64,000 bases of DNA from positions 131,998,001-132,062,000 of the forward strand of contig OZ024741.1 of assembly GCA_964016885.1 (NCBI GenBank). Reading direction: 5' to 3'. The position numbers and the translations under genes are program-made. This document shows positions 44,703 to 55,487 of this stretch, in pieces (positions within the stretch are counted from its first letter, which is position 1; the number at the start of each line of letters is the position of its first letter). This stretch comes from Eledone cirrhosa (taxonomy: Eukaryota). Under the pieces are notes generated by a model, which saw only the letters and a list, made by a program, of their open reading frames with translations, ran no database searches and had not been told where the DNA came from.

Positions 44703-44828
44703 GGAGGTGAGTTTTATTGTAGTACAATAAAGCAATGCAGATATCGGATAAGTAGCACTCTACAGTTTGTAGGACTGGAGTATAAATAATAATATATGAG
44801 ATCAAAAGATGGTTAAAAGAGTTCCATG

Positions 44829-44899
44829 TATTTTATTATGCGCATTTCAAAAACAAATATCATCATGCAATAACATTTGCGTTTTCATCAGATGAAATA
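44829..44899 (-). ncRNA. Minimal hammerhead ribozyme, family H5 (left arm)
   Basis: As 45010-45080, with one stem I mismatch. Confidence 0.78.
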
Positions 44900-45009
44900 G
44901 GGAGACATGATATGAAGATTAAAACCCACTTGTGAATAGTGCAGTGTGATATGTTGATTTAAAACTGCACTATTCACAAGTGTGTTTTAACCTTCATATC
45001 ATGTCTCCC

Positions 45010-45080
45010 TATTTTATCTGATGAAAACGCAAATGTTATTGCATGATGATATTTGTTTTTGAAATGCGCATAATAAAATA
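45010..45080 (+). ncRNA. Minimal hammerhead ribozyme, family H5, apparently intact
   Basis: TATTTTAT-CTGATGA-AAACGCAAATGTTATT-GCAT-GATGATATTTGTTTTT-GAAA-T-GCGC-A-T-A-ATAAAATA: 8-bp stem I, GU-rich stem II, palindromic loop 3, AUA triplet. Confidence 0.85.
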
Positions 45081-45117
45081 TATGGAACTCTTTTAACCAT
45101 CTTTTGATCTTATATAT

Positions 45118-45168
<51 letters not shown>

Positions 45169-45419
45169 TATACACACATTCACATACACACACAAATATA
45201 CACGCACACATTTCAAGCCTTTAATCATATCGCATTTATCACGTACATATATCACACCCATATATCACAAAAAAATCTACACAATAAACTGATTATCTAT
45301 ACACTAACTACATTATACATATATTTAGCAGGATATAAACACTCATGAAGGAAATACGTATAATTCATCTGATTTGTTCTAAACATCTAAAGAGATTCCT
45401 CATTAGTTCTGGATAGGTG

Positions 45420-46305
45420 TTCTCCTTTTCGCTAATCTTTAATATTATACTGGCATCTGTTGGGCAGCAGACTTCCACTACTGTGCATGCCTTCTTTTCC
45501 CTGTGCTATATCACTACATCTGGTCTGTTATGCTTGTATTTTATCGGGGGGGGGGGGGGGGGTGACTGGAATATTCCAACAGTACTCTTTTTGTATGTCT
45601 TTTATGCATATGTCTTCCACATTGCTGTAACTTTTAATATGTTTATTGTCGGGTCTATCTTTTCTACGTATTGCATTGTATAGTATTTTGGACACTATAT
45701 GCCTTATAGGTACCATGATGACATCTTTGGACAACTGCTTATGAGATGGGTAACATCTGCGGTGTTAATTCTGCAGTATCTACAATTGCTGTATTATCTC
45801 GGTTTTTTTCCTGCAACCTTTTCTCTTTTGTGAATCAGGTATTTTGTGTTCATTTCCTGTTCTTGGATTGCAAAAGCATATCCTTCATAGTGGGAGCCAA
45901 TATTGCGTTTGTTGGTACAAAATAGACTACTTAGTTTATCTATATTACTCTCACTTTGGAGCCTCGTGGTAACATATCCATGCATGATTTTTTGCTGATA
46001 AGCATGCAACTTTTCATCCATGGATTCACTGCGGTATTGCTGGACAATTTCCTTGAGTGTGAGTTTTTGATTACCATGCAGTGAGTATTTCTCAATGAGC
46101 TCCTTCTGAAATGCCATGATCTTATCTGTTTCATGTAGACAAGCTTGCTTAATAGATTGGCTTCTTACTCTTGGTGGTTCGTAGATGTTGTCGGAGGGAT
46201 ATGTTGCAAAACTCAAATGCTGCCCAGGCTGATGTGAGACCTCTGCCTGCCTGTTTATGTTTCAGCTTGAGGTGGTCTATGTTACTGTTGATGTAGAAAT
46301 TTCTC
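45420..46305 (-). mobile_element. Degenerate R4-type LINE fragment
   Basis: NFYINSNIDHL..GRGL, YEGYAFAIQEQEMNTKYL, CRYC..H...C, RPD. Confidence 0.8.
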
Positions 46306-46790
46306 AATAAGGCGTTTTTAACCAGATGTTTGGTTGTGCTGACTGGATGGTGAGAATTCTTACTAATGTAATTTAACGTGGCATTAAGCTTTCTATACGG
46401 GTAGTGTAGGCTGTTCGACATATTGGTTGTCACATCGAGGAAATTCACCTGAGATAGATTACTGGGTTTTATCGGAGTGAACATGCACAGTATTAGAATC
46501 CTTTATCCAGCGGATTCTATTCTTTAAATCCTGTTCGAAGGAGTTGCTTCTCTTTCGAAATTTGAAACTCCGTGAGTTGAAGTACATGCTTTTCGAAAGG
46601 TAATGAAACTGGGCTGCTTTGAGGGTTATTGTAAGTCTTAAATCCAAACGTTTGCTGGTGTTTATTAGCTTTATCCTGCTGGTTGAAATAGAAGGTACGC
46701 CACCGCATCCTTTTTAGGAAAAAACAATTCTTATTTATGAGTATTCTTAAGTATGTCTTCCTGTTTGGTACCGAAATATCTGCTCTGTTT
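46306..46790 (-). mobile_element. Internally deleted Penelope-like RT fragment
   Basis: MRWRTFYF, FGFKT, VHSDKT joined directly to NFLDVT..YPYRK..NYISKNSHHP. Confidence 0.75.
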
Positions 46791-46795
46791 ATTAT

Positions 46796-46880
<85 letters not shown>

Positions 46881-47094
46881 CAGTCGATCGACTTTCGTCA
46901 AATGGGACCGAGGAAACAATGTTTCCATTGGTATTTCCAATTGCTAATACTATCTATCGGTCGCAACTCCAGGTGGAAGGAGCAATGTGAAATATACATA
47001 TATATCAATTAAAAAGTTATCTGTCTCTAATACTTAGACATCTCAGTGAAAGTATAAAATATATCAATAAATTATCAACTCAGAGAAATAATTA

Positions 47095-47479
47095 AACATA
47101 TTTAACGTAAGGAAAAGTTTGGATTTAGCGGGATATAAGCTAGGCGAACTAAAATAAGCCAGTTTTACTCACATAGTAATGCTTTCTGGAATTCAGCCAA
47201 ATCCGTCTAAATCTATTCAACAATGAAGAGTTAGCTAATTTTAATTGATATTAGCTACTCCTTCATTGTCGAGTAGATTTAGAAATATTTGGCTGCTATT
47301 TCCAGCGTCAACATAAACACGTCGTATTGTCCTAATAAATTTGGAGGATATGTTAATTTAGTGATTCAACGACTCAATGCGTTGGAGACCATGGCTGGGG
47401 AACTATACGAGTAAAACCGACTTATTTTAGTCGCTTCAGCTTATATCAAATCGAGATTTTGCCTTAAGTTAAATATGTT
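47095..47479. mobile_element. MITE-like element with nested inverted repeats
   Basis: AACATATTTAACGTAAGGAAAA / TTTTGCCTTAAGTTAAATATGTT termini; inner hairpin ~47190-47305. Confidence 0.75.
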
Positions 47480-47534
47480 ATATATATCTGTAACGGAGAA
47501 CTGTATTATAATGATAATGATCAATATAATAAGA

Positions 47535-47566
<32 letters not shown>

Positions 47567-47589
47567 ATAAAGAAACCATTATTATTATT

Positions 47590-48851
47590 ATTGATGAAAT
47601 AAAGCACCAGTAATGCACTGGGGTCGTTTTAATCGACGCCCCCCCCCCCCAAAAAAAAAAGAATATTGCCGGCATTGTGCCTATAGTAGAAACCATTAAT
47701 ACTATTATTATTATCAGTATCGGTAGAGGGTCGGACGCCATGCTTTCCAGCATAGTTACGTCCCTTTACAGTCTGAGTTCAAATCCCGCCGAGGTTAACT
47801 TTGCAGCATTGAGTTACGGCCCTTTATGATCTGAGTTCAACATCCGCCTAGGTTAATTTTGCTTTTCATCCTTACGGGATCGATAAAATAAAGTACCAGT
47901 CACGCACTGGGGTCAATTTAATCGCTTCTCCCTCCCCCAAAATATGCTGGCCTTGTGCCTATATAAGAAACCAGTGGTGGTTTGGCAGTATCGGTAGCGG
48001 GTCGGACAACATGCTTTGTAACACAGAGTTACGCCCCTTTCTGATCTGAGTTCAAATCCTGCCGAGGTTAACTTTGCCTTTCATCCTTACGGGGTCGATA
48101 AAATAAAGTACCAGTAATGTACTGAGTAATTGCTGGCCTTGTGCCTAAAGTAGAAACAATTATTCATTATTATCAGTATCGTTAGAGGGTCGGACGCCAT
48201 GTTTTCTAGCATAGTTACATCCCTTTACAGTCTGAGTTCAAATCCCGCCGAGGTTAACTTTGCCTTTCATCCTTACGGGGTCGATAAAAAAAAGTACCCA
48301 TCACGCACAGGGGTCGATTTAATCGACTTTCCCCTCCCCCAAAATTGTTGGTCTTGTGCCTATATAAGAAACCATTATTATTATCGATAAAATAAAGCAC
48401 CAGTAATGCACTGGGGTCGATTTAATCGACCACCCCACTCCTCCACCCCAAAAATAAATTGCTGGCATTGTGCCTAAATCAAAAACCATTATTAATTTGG
48501 ATTGGCAGTATCGGTAGAGAGTCGGACACCATGCTTTGCAGCATAGAGTTATGGCCCTTTATGGTCTGAGTTCAAATCCCACCGCGGTTAACTTTGCCTT
48601 TCATCCTTACGAGGGCGATAAAATAAAGTCCCAGTGGTACACTGGGACAATTGCTGGCCTTGTGCCAAAAGTAGAAACAATTATTATTATGCATTCAAAT
48701 CTCGCTGAGGTTAACTTTGCCTTTCATCCTTACGTGGTCGATTAAATAAAGTACCAGTAATGCATTGGGGTCGATTTAATCGACTTTTCCCTCCCCTCAA
48801 ATTACTGGCCTTGTATCCATAGTAGAAATCATTATTATTATTATTATTATT
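47590..48851 (+). mobile_element. Head-to-tail array of about eight full or 5'-truncated Meta-domain SINEs
   Basis: Repeated heads, B-boxes, Meta cores and tails joined by (ATT)n, all on +. Confidence 0.93.
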
Positions 48852-49063
48852 GACGAAAGTGGATGTACGTTTTTTGAAGCTCCGTGAGTAAGCAATTTTT
48901 TGAGGATTAATTGTAGAGAATTGTTTATTTTTTGTACCGCTGAAGCATTATAAGACATTAATTTGTATCCTGTGAAGGAATAACTCATAATATTTGGGCC
49001 TTTTGGCCCAAATATTTGAACTTTATTTTGAAAAAAAAATAATAATTTTTTTCTCAAAAAAAC

Positions 49064-50926
49064 ATGGCGGAGCCACGCCCCCTAGAGGCGGGTCTGCTGT
49101 CGTGCAACGGCGACTTGAGCGTTGAGAGGAGAGGTGAGGCGAGGAGCGCCACCAGCACGAATGTGAGCAGCGACAGTGCCAGCACCAACGGGCCGAGCGG
49201 CGCGGAAGGTGGTAACAGCGACAACACCAACACCAACAAGCCGAACAGCGCAGAAGGTGGTAATAGCGAGAGCACCAACAAGGCCAACAGCACAGAAGGT
49301 AACCACGACACAGGGGAGAACAACAACAGCAATAGCAGCAGCAACACCAACAAGAACAACAACAGTGACAACACCAACAAGAACACTTTCGCTGCTGTGG
49401 CAGCGGCTAAAAGGAGACCATGCTACAGCATCGACTTAACCAACAGAGAGGAAAAGTTGGCCCAGGCCTGGAAAATCATAAATCAAGAGCAGACCTGGGC
49501 AAACTTAACTGTCCCGGCAGAAGCCATTGAGGCAGTGGAAAAAAGAACGGTGCATTTCAGATGCATCTCAGTAGAGACAAAGAGGGCAGCGATAATCGCC
49601 CAAGCTGACATAGAAGCCGCACTGAAATACATCAGAGAGGACACAGACTTCATAGAGAGGGGCAGGCAATACGGCACCGTTTCGGTGCTGTTCAAGTCTG
49701 AAGCCCTCGCTGTGAAGCATTCAATGACCCCTTGCAAAACCAGCAAGGTCATAATGTACCCCTCCCACATGGGAAAACGAATAGCACGTGTGCGCATTCC
49801 CAGGATTCCACCAGGACTTGATATGTGGTGGCTCCTGGGTTGCGTAATCGTGGAAGGAACGGATACAGTCCCGGTAGAGGCAACGAGAACTGCCAGGGAC
49901 GACTGGTCCGGGGTTGATCTGGAGATACTGCTCCAAATCAGACCCGAAAACGTGAAAGCAATCCCGGACCACATCCGCCTCCAAAACGGGAGGGTGTTGC
50001 ATATAATGACTGAGGGCAAAAGGCCGCATTGTTTCCTTTGTGGGGAAACGACACACTTGCGAGCCTTCTGCCCTCAACTGCCGAAAAGCGCAAGGGGTCG
50101 AAAGATTCCACTGCTGGCGACGCCGGGACAAGGACCACCAGCAACACCGTCAACAATGGAACCACCAAAATTGCACACCCAGGGGGGAAACGAGGAAAGC
50201 TCTCCCATTCCCCCTCCCCCCCAAAATACACACACGAACAAGAACATAAACACTCACTCAGACACAAACACGCTCACAGCCACAGACCCCTCATCCTCCA
50301 GCAGTGAAGATGAGGGAAAACCAAAGTCCCCCAAAATACAAAAAACAAAACACAAAAAAAAAAGAAATCCACAAAGCACAAACACCCCCACAAAAGAAAA
50401 TACACACACCACCCACACAAACATTTTCCCCACAGCATCACCAACACAACCACCACAATCCCCCAAACGCAAACAAGCTAAACAGACACAAGAACAAATA
50501 GACACACAAACATCAGAAACTACAGACACCCCACCCACAACAAACGCAGACACAATAGAAACAACACTAACAAAGCTATCACCACCACAATCACACGAAC
50601 AAATAAAACCCGAGCAACAAAACATTAAAAACTTCGTGCTTGCCAGAAGGGCCAACAAGGAATTGATGGCCCATGTAGCACGAAGCACAAACATCGAAAA
50701 AGACGGGGAAACATTTGAAGCGAGCACATTTCGCGTACCAGATAATTTGCTTCTGATGCGAATGTCGCTCGCTTCATACAAAGAAATTCGAAAGAGCTTT
50801 CCTCGGGATGTGGGAACCCCGAACGTAAAACCCACGTCAAGACTATTAAAGGGGTTCCCAAAAGAAACCCCACAAACCATGGAGGTCGAACCACCCGACC
50901 TTCACAAGACCCCGGAAGGTAAGTAA
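49064..50926 (+). CDS. Tx1-A ORF1, gag-like nucleic-acid-binding protein, 620 aa
   Basis: CCHC knuckle CFLCGETTHLRAFC; low-complexity N/S/T and P/T/Q/K flanks. Confidence 0.92.
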   Translation: MAEPRPLEAGLLSCNGDLSVERRGEARSATSTNVSSDSASTNGPSGAEGGNSDNTNTNKPNSAEGGNSESTNKANSTEGNHDTGENNNSNSSSNTNKNNNSDNTNKNTFAAVAAAKRRPCYSIDLTNREEKLAQAWKIINQEQTWANLTVPAEAIEAVEKRTVHFRCISVETKRAAIIAQADIEAALKYIREDTDFIERGRQYGTVSVLFKSEALAVKHSMTPCKTSKVIMYPSHMGKRIARVRIPRIPPGLDMWWLLGCVIVEGTDTVPVEATRTARDDWSGVDLEILLQIRPENVKAIPDHIRLQNGRVLHIMTEGKRPHCFLCGETTHLRAFCPQLPKSARGRKIPLLATPGQGPPATPSTMEPPKLHTQGGNEESSPIPPPPQNTHTNKNINTHSDTNTLTATDPSSSSSEDEGKPKSPKIQKTKHKKKRNPQSTNTPTKENTHTTHTNIFPTASPTQPPQSPKRKQAKQTQEQIDTQTSETTDTPPTTNADTIETTLTKLSPPQSHEQIKPEQQNIKNFVLARRANKELMAHVARSTNIEKDGETFEASTFRVPDNLLLMRMSLASYKEIRKSFPRDVGTPNVKPTSRLLKGFPKETPQTMEVEPPDLHKTPEGK

Positions 50927-50955
50927 ACCTTTCCTCTCCCATTCATCCTGCCAGC

Positions 50956-53900
50956 ATGGCCATAAGAGTAGGAAGTTTAAATGTTCGTGGCCTGGGGTCG
51001 CCCTGGAAGCAAGGTCACTTGCTCAACGACCTCAGGTCACTAGGAATGGATGTAATTGCCATCAGCGAGACCAGAATTTCCGACACACGCGCACTGGCGC
51101 CGATTTTCGACGATTATCAGATCTTTGCATCTGTTAGTCGGCCGGGAATGGGAGGTGGAGTGGCTGTGCTGTTTAGGAAATGTCTGGATCTCGAGGTAAG
51201 GTCAATCTTCCGGGATCCTGACGGAAAGTTGGTGGTCCTGGACGTGAGCAATAGCGAAGGTGGTGCCTTTAGACTGGTGGCCGTCTACGCCCCTACTGGG
51301 GCCGGTCGGCCGGACTTCTTTAGGCGCCTGGAAAACTTTCTGCTTACGTCTCGCCCTTTACTGTTAATAGGGGATTGGAATGGCATCTTAGAAGCACGCT
51401 GGGATTGTGTGGGAGTATCTGATAGGAGCGGGGGGTGCAAAAGCCTCAAGTACCTGATCAGCCAGTTTCAACTGTCTGACAGGTACCGACTAGATTTCCC
51501 TAATGCGCCAGTATGGACCTGGACCAATCGCATAGGGTCATCTAGATCGTACATAGATAGGATTTTCATTAGGAAAAGAGATAGAAATAGTGTAGGATGT
51601 CCACATTTTAAAACGGTTGCCTATTCAGATCACAAGCTTGTGATCTGTATGGTCGACCTAGATAAGACACGTAGGTTAGGACCTGGCTACTGGAAGCTAA
51701 ACATGTCGTTTCCGGCACGTAAAGCTTACAGGGACCGGGTCAACAACTTAGTTAAGCAAAAGTTGACAGGGGGGGTTGTCAACAACAGGTGGTGGGGGGC
51801 ACTCAAAAGAGAGATTAGAGCAACCTCGATAGGATTTAGCAAAGAAGTAGCAATAGAGAAAAATAGAAAGGAGGAGGGGCTGATAGCTAAGTTAGACGAG
51901 GCTATTTGTAGTGGCATTGCAACAGACGTGCTAGCGGCGAGAATGGCACTAGACCATTTCTTCAATGCGAAACACGAAGGTTGCATTGTCAGAGCTAAGG
52001 CGCGTGCTCTGAGGAACGAGGGAACCAAAGCTGCCCGATGGGCTCGCTTTGCAGAGACGCAGCGTGGAAATAAAACCACAATTCGGTCTTTGACGGATCG
52101 AGATGGACACGAACTGAGCGATTCCAAGCAGATGTGTGAGGCCTTTCGCCAGCACTTTGCTCGATTGTTCGGGAGGATGGGTGAGTCGGAGACGGCGGCG
52201 GACTTCAGTCCCTACCTCGACGGCTTGCCACGCCTCTCGACGGCCGACGCTGAGCGCTGCGAAGAGCCGATAACATCAGCCGAAATTCAGGACGCCCTTG
52301 TCGGCTGCTCGAGTCGCAAGTCACCCGGTTTGGATGGTCTGCCCTACGAGCTTTACGTAAATATGCCAGACTTGTTCTCCGATCTCCTCGAAGCGCTCTA
52401 CTGCAACTGGCAGCAGAACGGGAGCATTCCCAGTTCTGTGAGCCGTGGCGTAGTGACGCTGATAAGGAAAGACGAGAACAAGAGGGACACACTAGATAAT
52501 TTCAGGCCCATAACCCTGCTCAACACAGAGTTTAAGATTTTGGCCAAGGTGTTAGCGAAAAGGTTGGCGCTTGTCGTCAAAGATTTGGTTGGGGAGGCGC
52601 AAACTTGCGCAATCCCGACCAGGTCCATACACGACAACCTCCACCTCATGCGATACATCATAGAGAGGGTTGGGTGCAAACCTGGCTTCGGTGGGGCTCT
52701 GATCAATTTAGATCAATCGAAAGCATTCGATAGGGTCGACCATCGGTACTTGGAGGCTGTCCTCGAGGCGGCTGGCTTCGGCCCCGTCTTCAGAAGCTGG
52801 ATCGCTGCAATGTACAGCGGCATCCGCTCGGTGGTCAAAGTTAATGGCCACCTCTCGGAACCGTTTCAGATCTCTCGATCGGTCCGTCAAGGGTGCCCTC
52901 TCTCCTCACTTCTGTACGTATTGACTCTTGAGCCTCTACTGCGGAAGCTGGAGTTGTTGCAGGGCATCCCGCTCGAACCGGGACGTAGAAAGGCTGCGTC
53001 CGCTTATGCGGACGACATCACCGTGATGGTGTCGGACACCTCGGAAATCGAGGTGATCCGCACCCATTTGGAGGAATATGAAAGGTTGACGGGAGCAAAA
53101 CTTAACCCGGAAAAGTCGGTGGGCTTGCAGCTCGGCACCTGGAGAGGCAAGTCCATGCCGTCCAACAGCGTCGTTGGGCGCTGGACAGACGGACCGGTAA
53201 AGTTGCTCGGGGTTTGGTTCGGACCAGACCTCCAGGTGGATAAGAATTGGGACGAGGTGACGAGCAGGATAGCCAACCTCACCCAGAAATGGGCTGAGAG
53301 AAAGCTATCACTGAAAGGGCGGGCGGAGGTGGCGAACGCGTACATCGCGTCCGTCATCTACTACCGCCTGACCGTCGTGCCTTGCCCCCGTCCACGCCTC
53401 GCCAATTTGGAACGGCTCCTTTTCAAATTTTTGTGGAGGGGACGGGTCCCGTTGGTGAGGCGGTCCATCTGCTGCCAGCACCCTCTTCGTGGAGGGCTGG
53501 GCATGCCGTGGCTAATGATGCGCAGACATGCGCTGAGGCTGCGACATCTCCAGATATTTTGCCTAAACGGTGAACAGGTGTGGTCGCCGTTTGTTAGACG
53601 GGCCTTTCCGCAGCTCATCTCTTTGACTGAGCTGCAGTCCTGGGTCAAGAAGAGACCGAGACTGGGCGACTGGCATCTGGAATGTTGCCAGGCGCTCACT
53701 GCACTCTGCAAGGTGGGCAATGCGGTCAGTGGAACTTCCACTCAAGATTTCTATAGAGGATTAGTGGAGGGCAAGTGCGATGACGTACTAGGAGAGGCTC
53801 TGGGCGTCAACGAAGTAGAACTGACCAGTATGTTCCGGAGGACTTTCGAGCCGGGGACGATGGATAACTTCCAGAAATCCCTCGCTTGGCAGTGCTACCG

Positions 53901-54375
53901 GGGGGCGCTGCCGGTTCGGGATAAACTCTACAGGCACGGAAGTGCTGTCAGACGAACCTGCCCGAGATGCGCGCAGAGCGACGAAACCGTTCTGCACGCA
54001 CTCGTCCAGTGTCCGTGCATTGCTGACTTGTGGGGTTATGTCGAACAGCTATTGTCGCGTGTAGAACGGATCCGGCTATCGTCCGAGTCCATAGTGAAGA
54101 TTGACCCGCCGCCTTCTTTTGGTCAGGAAGGGCAGGCAATTTTCCTCTGCCTGGTGGCAGTAGCGAAAGAGGTTGCATGGTGGACCAGGTTGAAAGGACT
54201 GAAGACAGACACTTTTCTCTTCGGCCAATCCCTCATCAACTTCTTCAAGTTTCACTTGGAAAGGAAGGTGAGGGTGGAGAGAGAAGTGCTGCCCCCCAGT
54301 ACATTTACTGAAAGGTGGGTGAATGTGGCGAGAATGGCCCGCGTGAGTGGGCCTACTCTGATCATGCGCCTGTAG
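50956..54375 (+). CDS. Tx1-A ORF2, APE endonuclease-reverse transcriptase with C-terminal Zn finger, 1139 aa
   Basis: LNVRGL, SET, VYAP, GDWN, YIDRIF, SDH, SPGLDG, NFRPITLLN, DQSKAFD, QGCPLS, YADD, CPRC..ETVLHALVQC. Confidence 0.97.
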   Translation: MAIRVGSLNVRGLGSPWKQGHLLNDLRSLGMDVIAISETRISDTRALAPIFDDYQIFASVSRPGMGGGVAVLFRKCLDLEVRSIFRDPDGKLVVLDVSNSEGGAFRLVAVYAPTGAGRPDFFRRLENFLLTSRPLLLIGDWNGILEARWDCVGVSDRSGGCKSLKYLISQFQLSDRYRLDFPNAPVWTWTNRIGSSRSYIDRIFIRKRDRNSVGCPHFKTVAYSDHKLVICMVDLDKTRRLGPGYWKLNMSFPARKAYRDRVNNLVKQKLTGGVVNNRWWGALKREIRATSIGFSKEVAIEKNRKEEGLIAKLDEAICSGIATDVLAARMALDHFFNAKHEGCIVRAKARALRNEGTKAARWARFAETQRGNKTTIRSLTDRDGHELSDSKQMCEAFRQHFARLFGRMGESETAADFSPYLDGLPRLSTADAERCEEPITSAEIQDALVGCSSRKSPGLDGLPYELYVNMPDLFSDLLEALYCNWQQNGSIPSSVSRGVVTLIRKDENKRDTLDNFRPITLLNTEFKILAKVLAKRLALVVKDLVGEAQTCAIPTRSIHDNLHLMRYIIERVGCKPGFGGALINLDQSKAFDRVDHRYLEAVLEAAGFGPVFRSWIAAMYSGIRSVVKVNGHLSEPFQISRSVRQGCPLSSLLYVLTLEPLLRKLELLQGIPLEPGRRKAASAYADDITVMVSDTSEIEVIRTHLEEYERLTGAKLNPEKSVGLQLGTWRGKSMPSNSVVGRWTDGPVKLLGVWFGPDLQVDKNWDEVTSRIANLTQKWAERKLSLKGRAEVANAYIASVIYYRLTVVPCPRPRLANLERLLFKFLWRGRVPLVRRSICCQHPLRGGLGMPWLMMRRHALRLRHLQIFCLNGEQVWSPFVRRAFPQLISLTELQSWVKKRPRLGDWHLECCQALTALCKVGNAVSGTSTQDFYRGLVEGKCDDVLGEALGVNEVELTSMFRRTFEPGTMDNFQKSLAWQCYRGALPVRDKLYRHGSAVRRTCPRCAQSDETVLHALVQCPCIADLWGYVEQLLSRVERIRLSSESIVKIDPPPSFGQEGQAIFLCLVAVAKEVAWWTRLKGLKTDTFLFGQSLINFFKFHLERKVRVEREVLPPSTFTERWVNVARMARVSGPTLIMRL

Positions 54376-54651
54376 GCTGGTGAATTCGAGAAGGAGAGGG
54401 GTGCCCTTCCCGGGTGCCCTAGGAGCGTCGGGTGGCTCAGGACTGGTGGGGTGCTTGAGTCAACCCTGGGTGGTGATCCCTCTTATTGGGGAACTTTCAT
54501 TGTTGTATTTTTATTGTTATTTTGTTTTTTTTGTTATTTATACTTACTCGATCTCTATGTAAACCCCCACTGTCCCTGTCTATTGTGTTGTCCCCTATAT
54601 GTCGGCCCTTGTGGCCAATAAATGAAATCATTATTATTATTATTATTATTA

Positions 54652-54965
54652 TCCCTTTATGATCTGAGTTCAAATCCCGCCGAGGTTAACTTTGCATTTT
54701 ATCCTTATGGGGTCGATAAAATAAAGTACCAGTAATGTACTGGGTAATTGATGGCCTTGTGCCAAAAATAGAAACAATTATTATTATTATTATATCCGCT
54801 TGTTACGATCTGAGTTCAAATACCACTGAGGTTAGCTTTGCCTTTCATCCTTACGGGGTCGATAAAATAAGGTACCAGTCACGCACTGGGGTCAATTTGA
54901 TCGACTTTCTCCTCCCTCCAAAAAGATTTCTGGACTCGTGTCTAAATGAGAAACCATTATTATTA
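54652..54965 (+). mobile_element. Two 5'-truncated Meta-domain SINEs continuing the array
   Basis: B-box, core and tail twice, joined by (ATT)n. Confidence 0.9.
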
Positions 54966-54966
54966 T

Positions 54967-55470
54967 GATCCCGCTTGTCGCACAGCATGTATGACTAGTG
55001 ATATATGTCCCGCGCCAGCTGTCCACAACCAGTGAGCTGAGGTAGCACCTTCAATTGTCAAGCACGTAACTGAGAATTATGGCAGTTCCAAGGAGTATTG
55101 TTTTTCATAAGGGACCCACCCAGATGTTAGCCCCAATGGTTTTTAAATAGCTTTCAAATCTGGTGCTCACAGTACCAAGCATCCCGACTACAACTAGAAT
55201 CAGCTCAATCCTTTTCAATGCCCACGAATGTTTTATCTCCCATGCTAGTGATTCGTATCTCTCTCCAGTCTTCAATTCTTTATCACAAACCATATTGTTA
55301 GTGGGACAAGCTGCACCCATAACCAAACATTGTTTGTTAACTTTGTTCATCACCACAATATGGTTTGCGATGTTCACTTTCTTGGTTAAATTGGACCATA
55401 AAGTCCTATAGAATCTTGACGTGGTCATTTTCTATAAAACCTTCTGGTTTACGCTCAAATAACTGCCAAT
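54967..55470 (-). mobile_element. 3' fragment of a Dong/R4-like LINE flanked by (TAA)n
   Basis: RLE-like translation IVVMNK..CLVMGAACP..LVVVGMLGTVS; AAT repeats on both sides. Confidence 0.7.
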
Positions 55471-55487
55471 GAATTATTATTATAATT

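Larger units (their letters stand above)
44788..45121. repeat. Foldback: ~158-bp arms, 18-nt loop, each arm with a hammerhead
   Basis: 44788-44945 is the reverse complement of 44964-45121 with few mismatches. Confidence 0.95.
48852..54650 (+). mobile_element. Intact full-length Tx1/L1-clade LINE (Tx1-A) inserted in an (ATT)n SINE tail
   Basis: Two open ORFs; 3' end GGCCCTTGTGGCCAATAAATGAAATC(ATT)7; GAAATC(ATT)7 also immediately upstream. Confidence 0.97.

Noticed and set aside
47590-48851. CRISPR-like repeated motif array
   Set aside because: Units are variably truncated SINEs with A/B boxes; no fixed repeat-spacer period, no cas genes, eukaryotic context
50919-50954. 36-nt intron fusing Tx1-A ORF1 to ORF2
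   Set aside because: Removal leaves the ORFs out of frame and the intron would be very short
48825-54650. 27-bp GAAATC(ATT)7 as the exact Tx1-A TSD
   Set aside because: GAAA is part of the conserved Tx1 3' end (also in Tx1-B) and of the SINE tail, so the true TSD length within the ATT run cannot be determined
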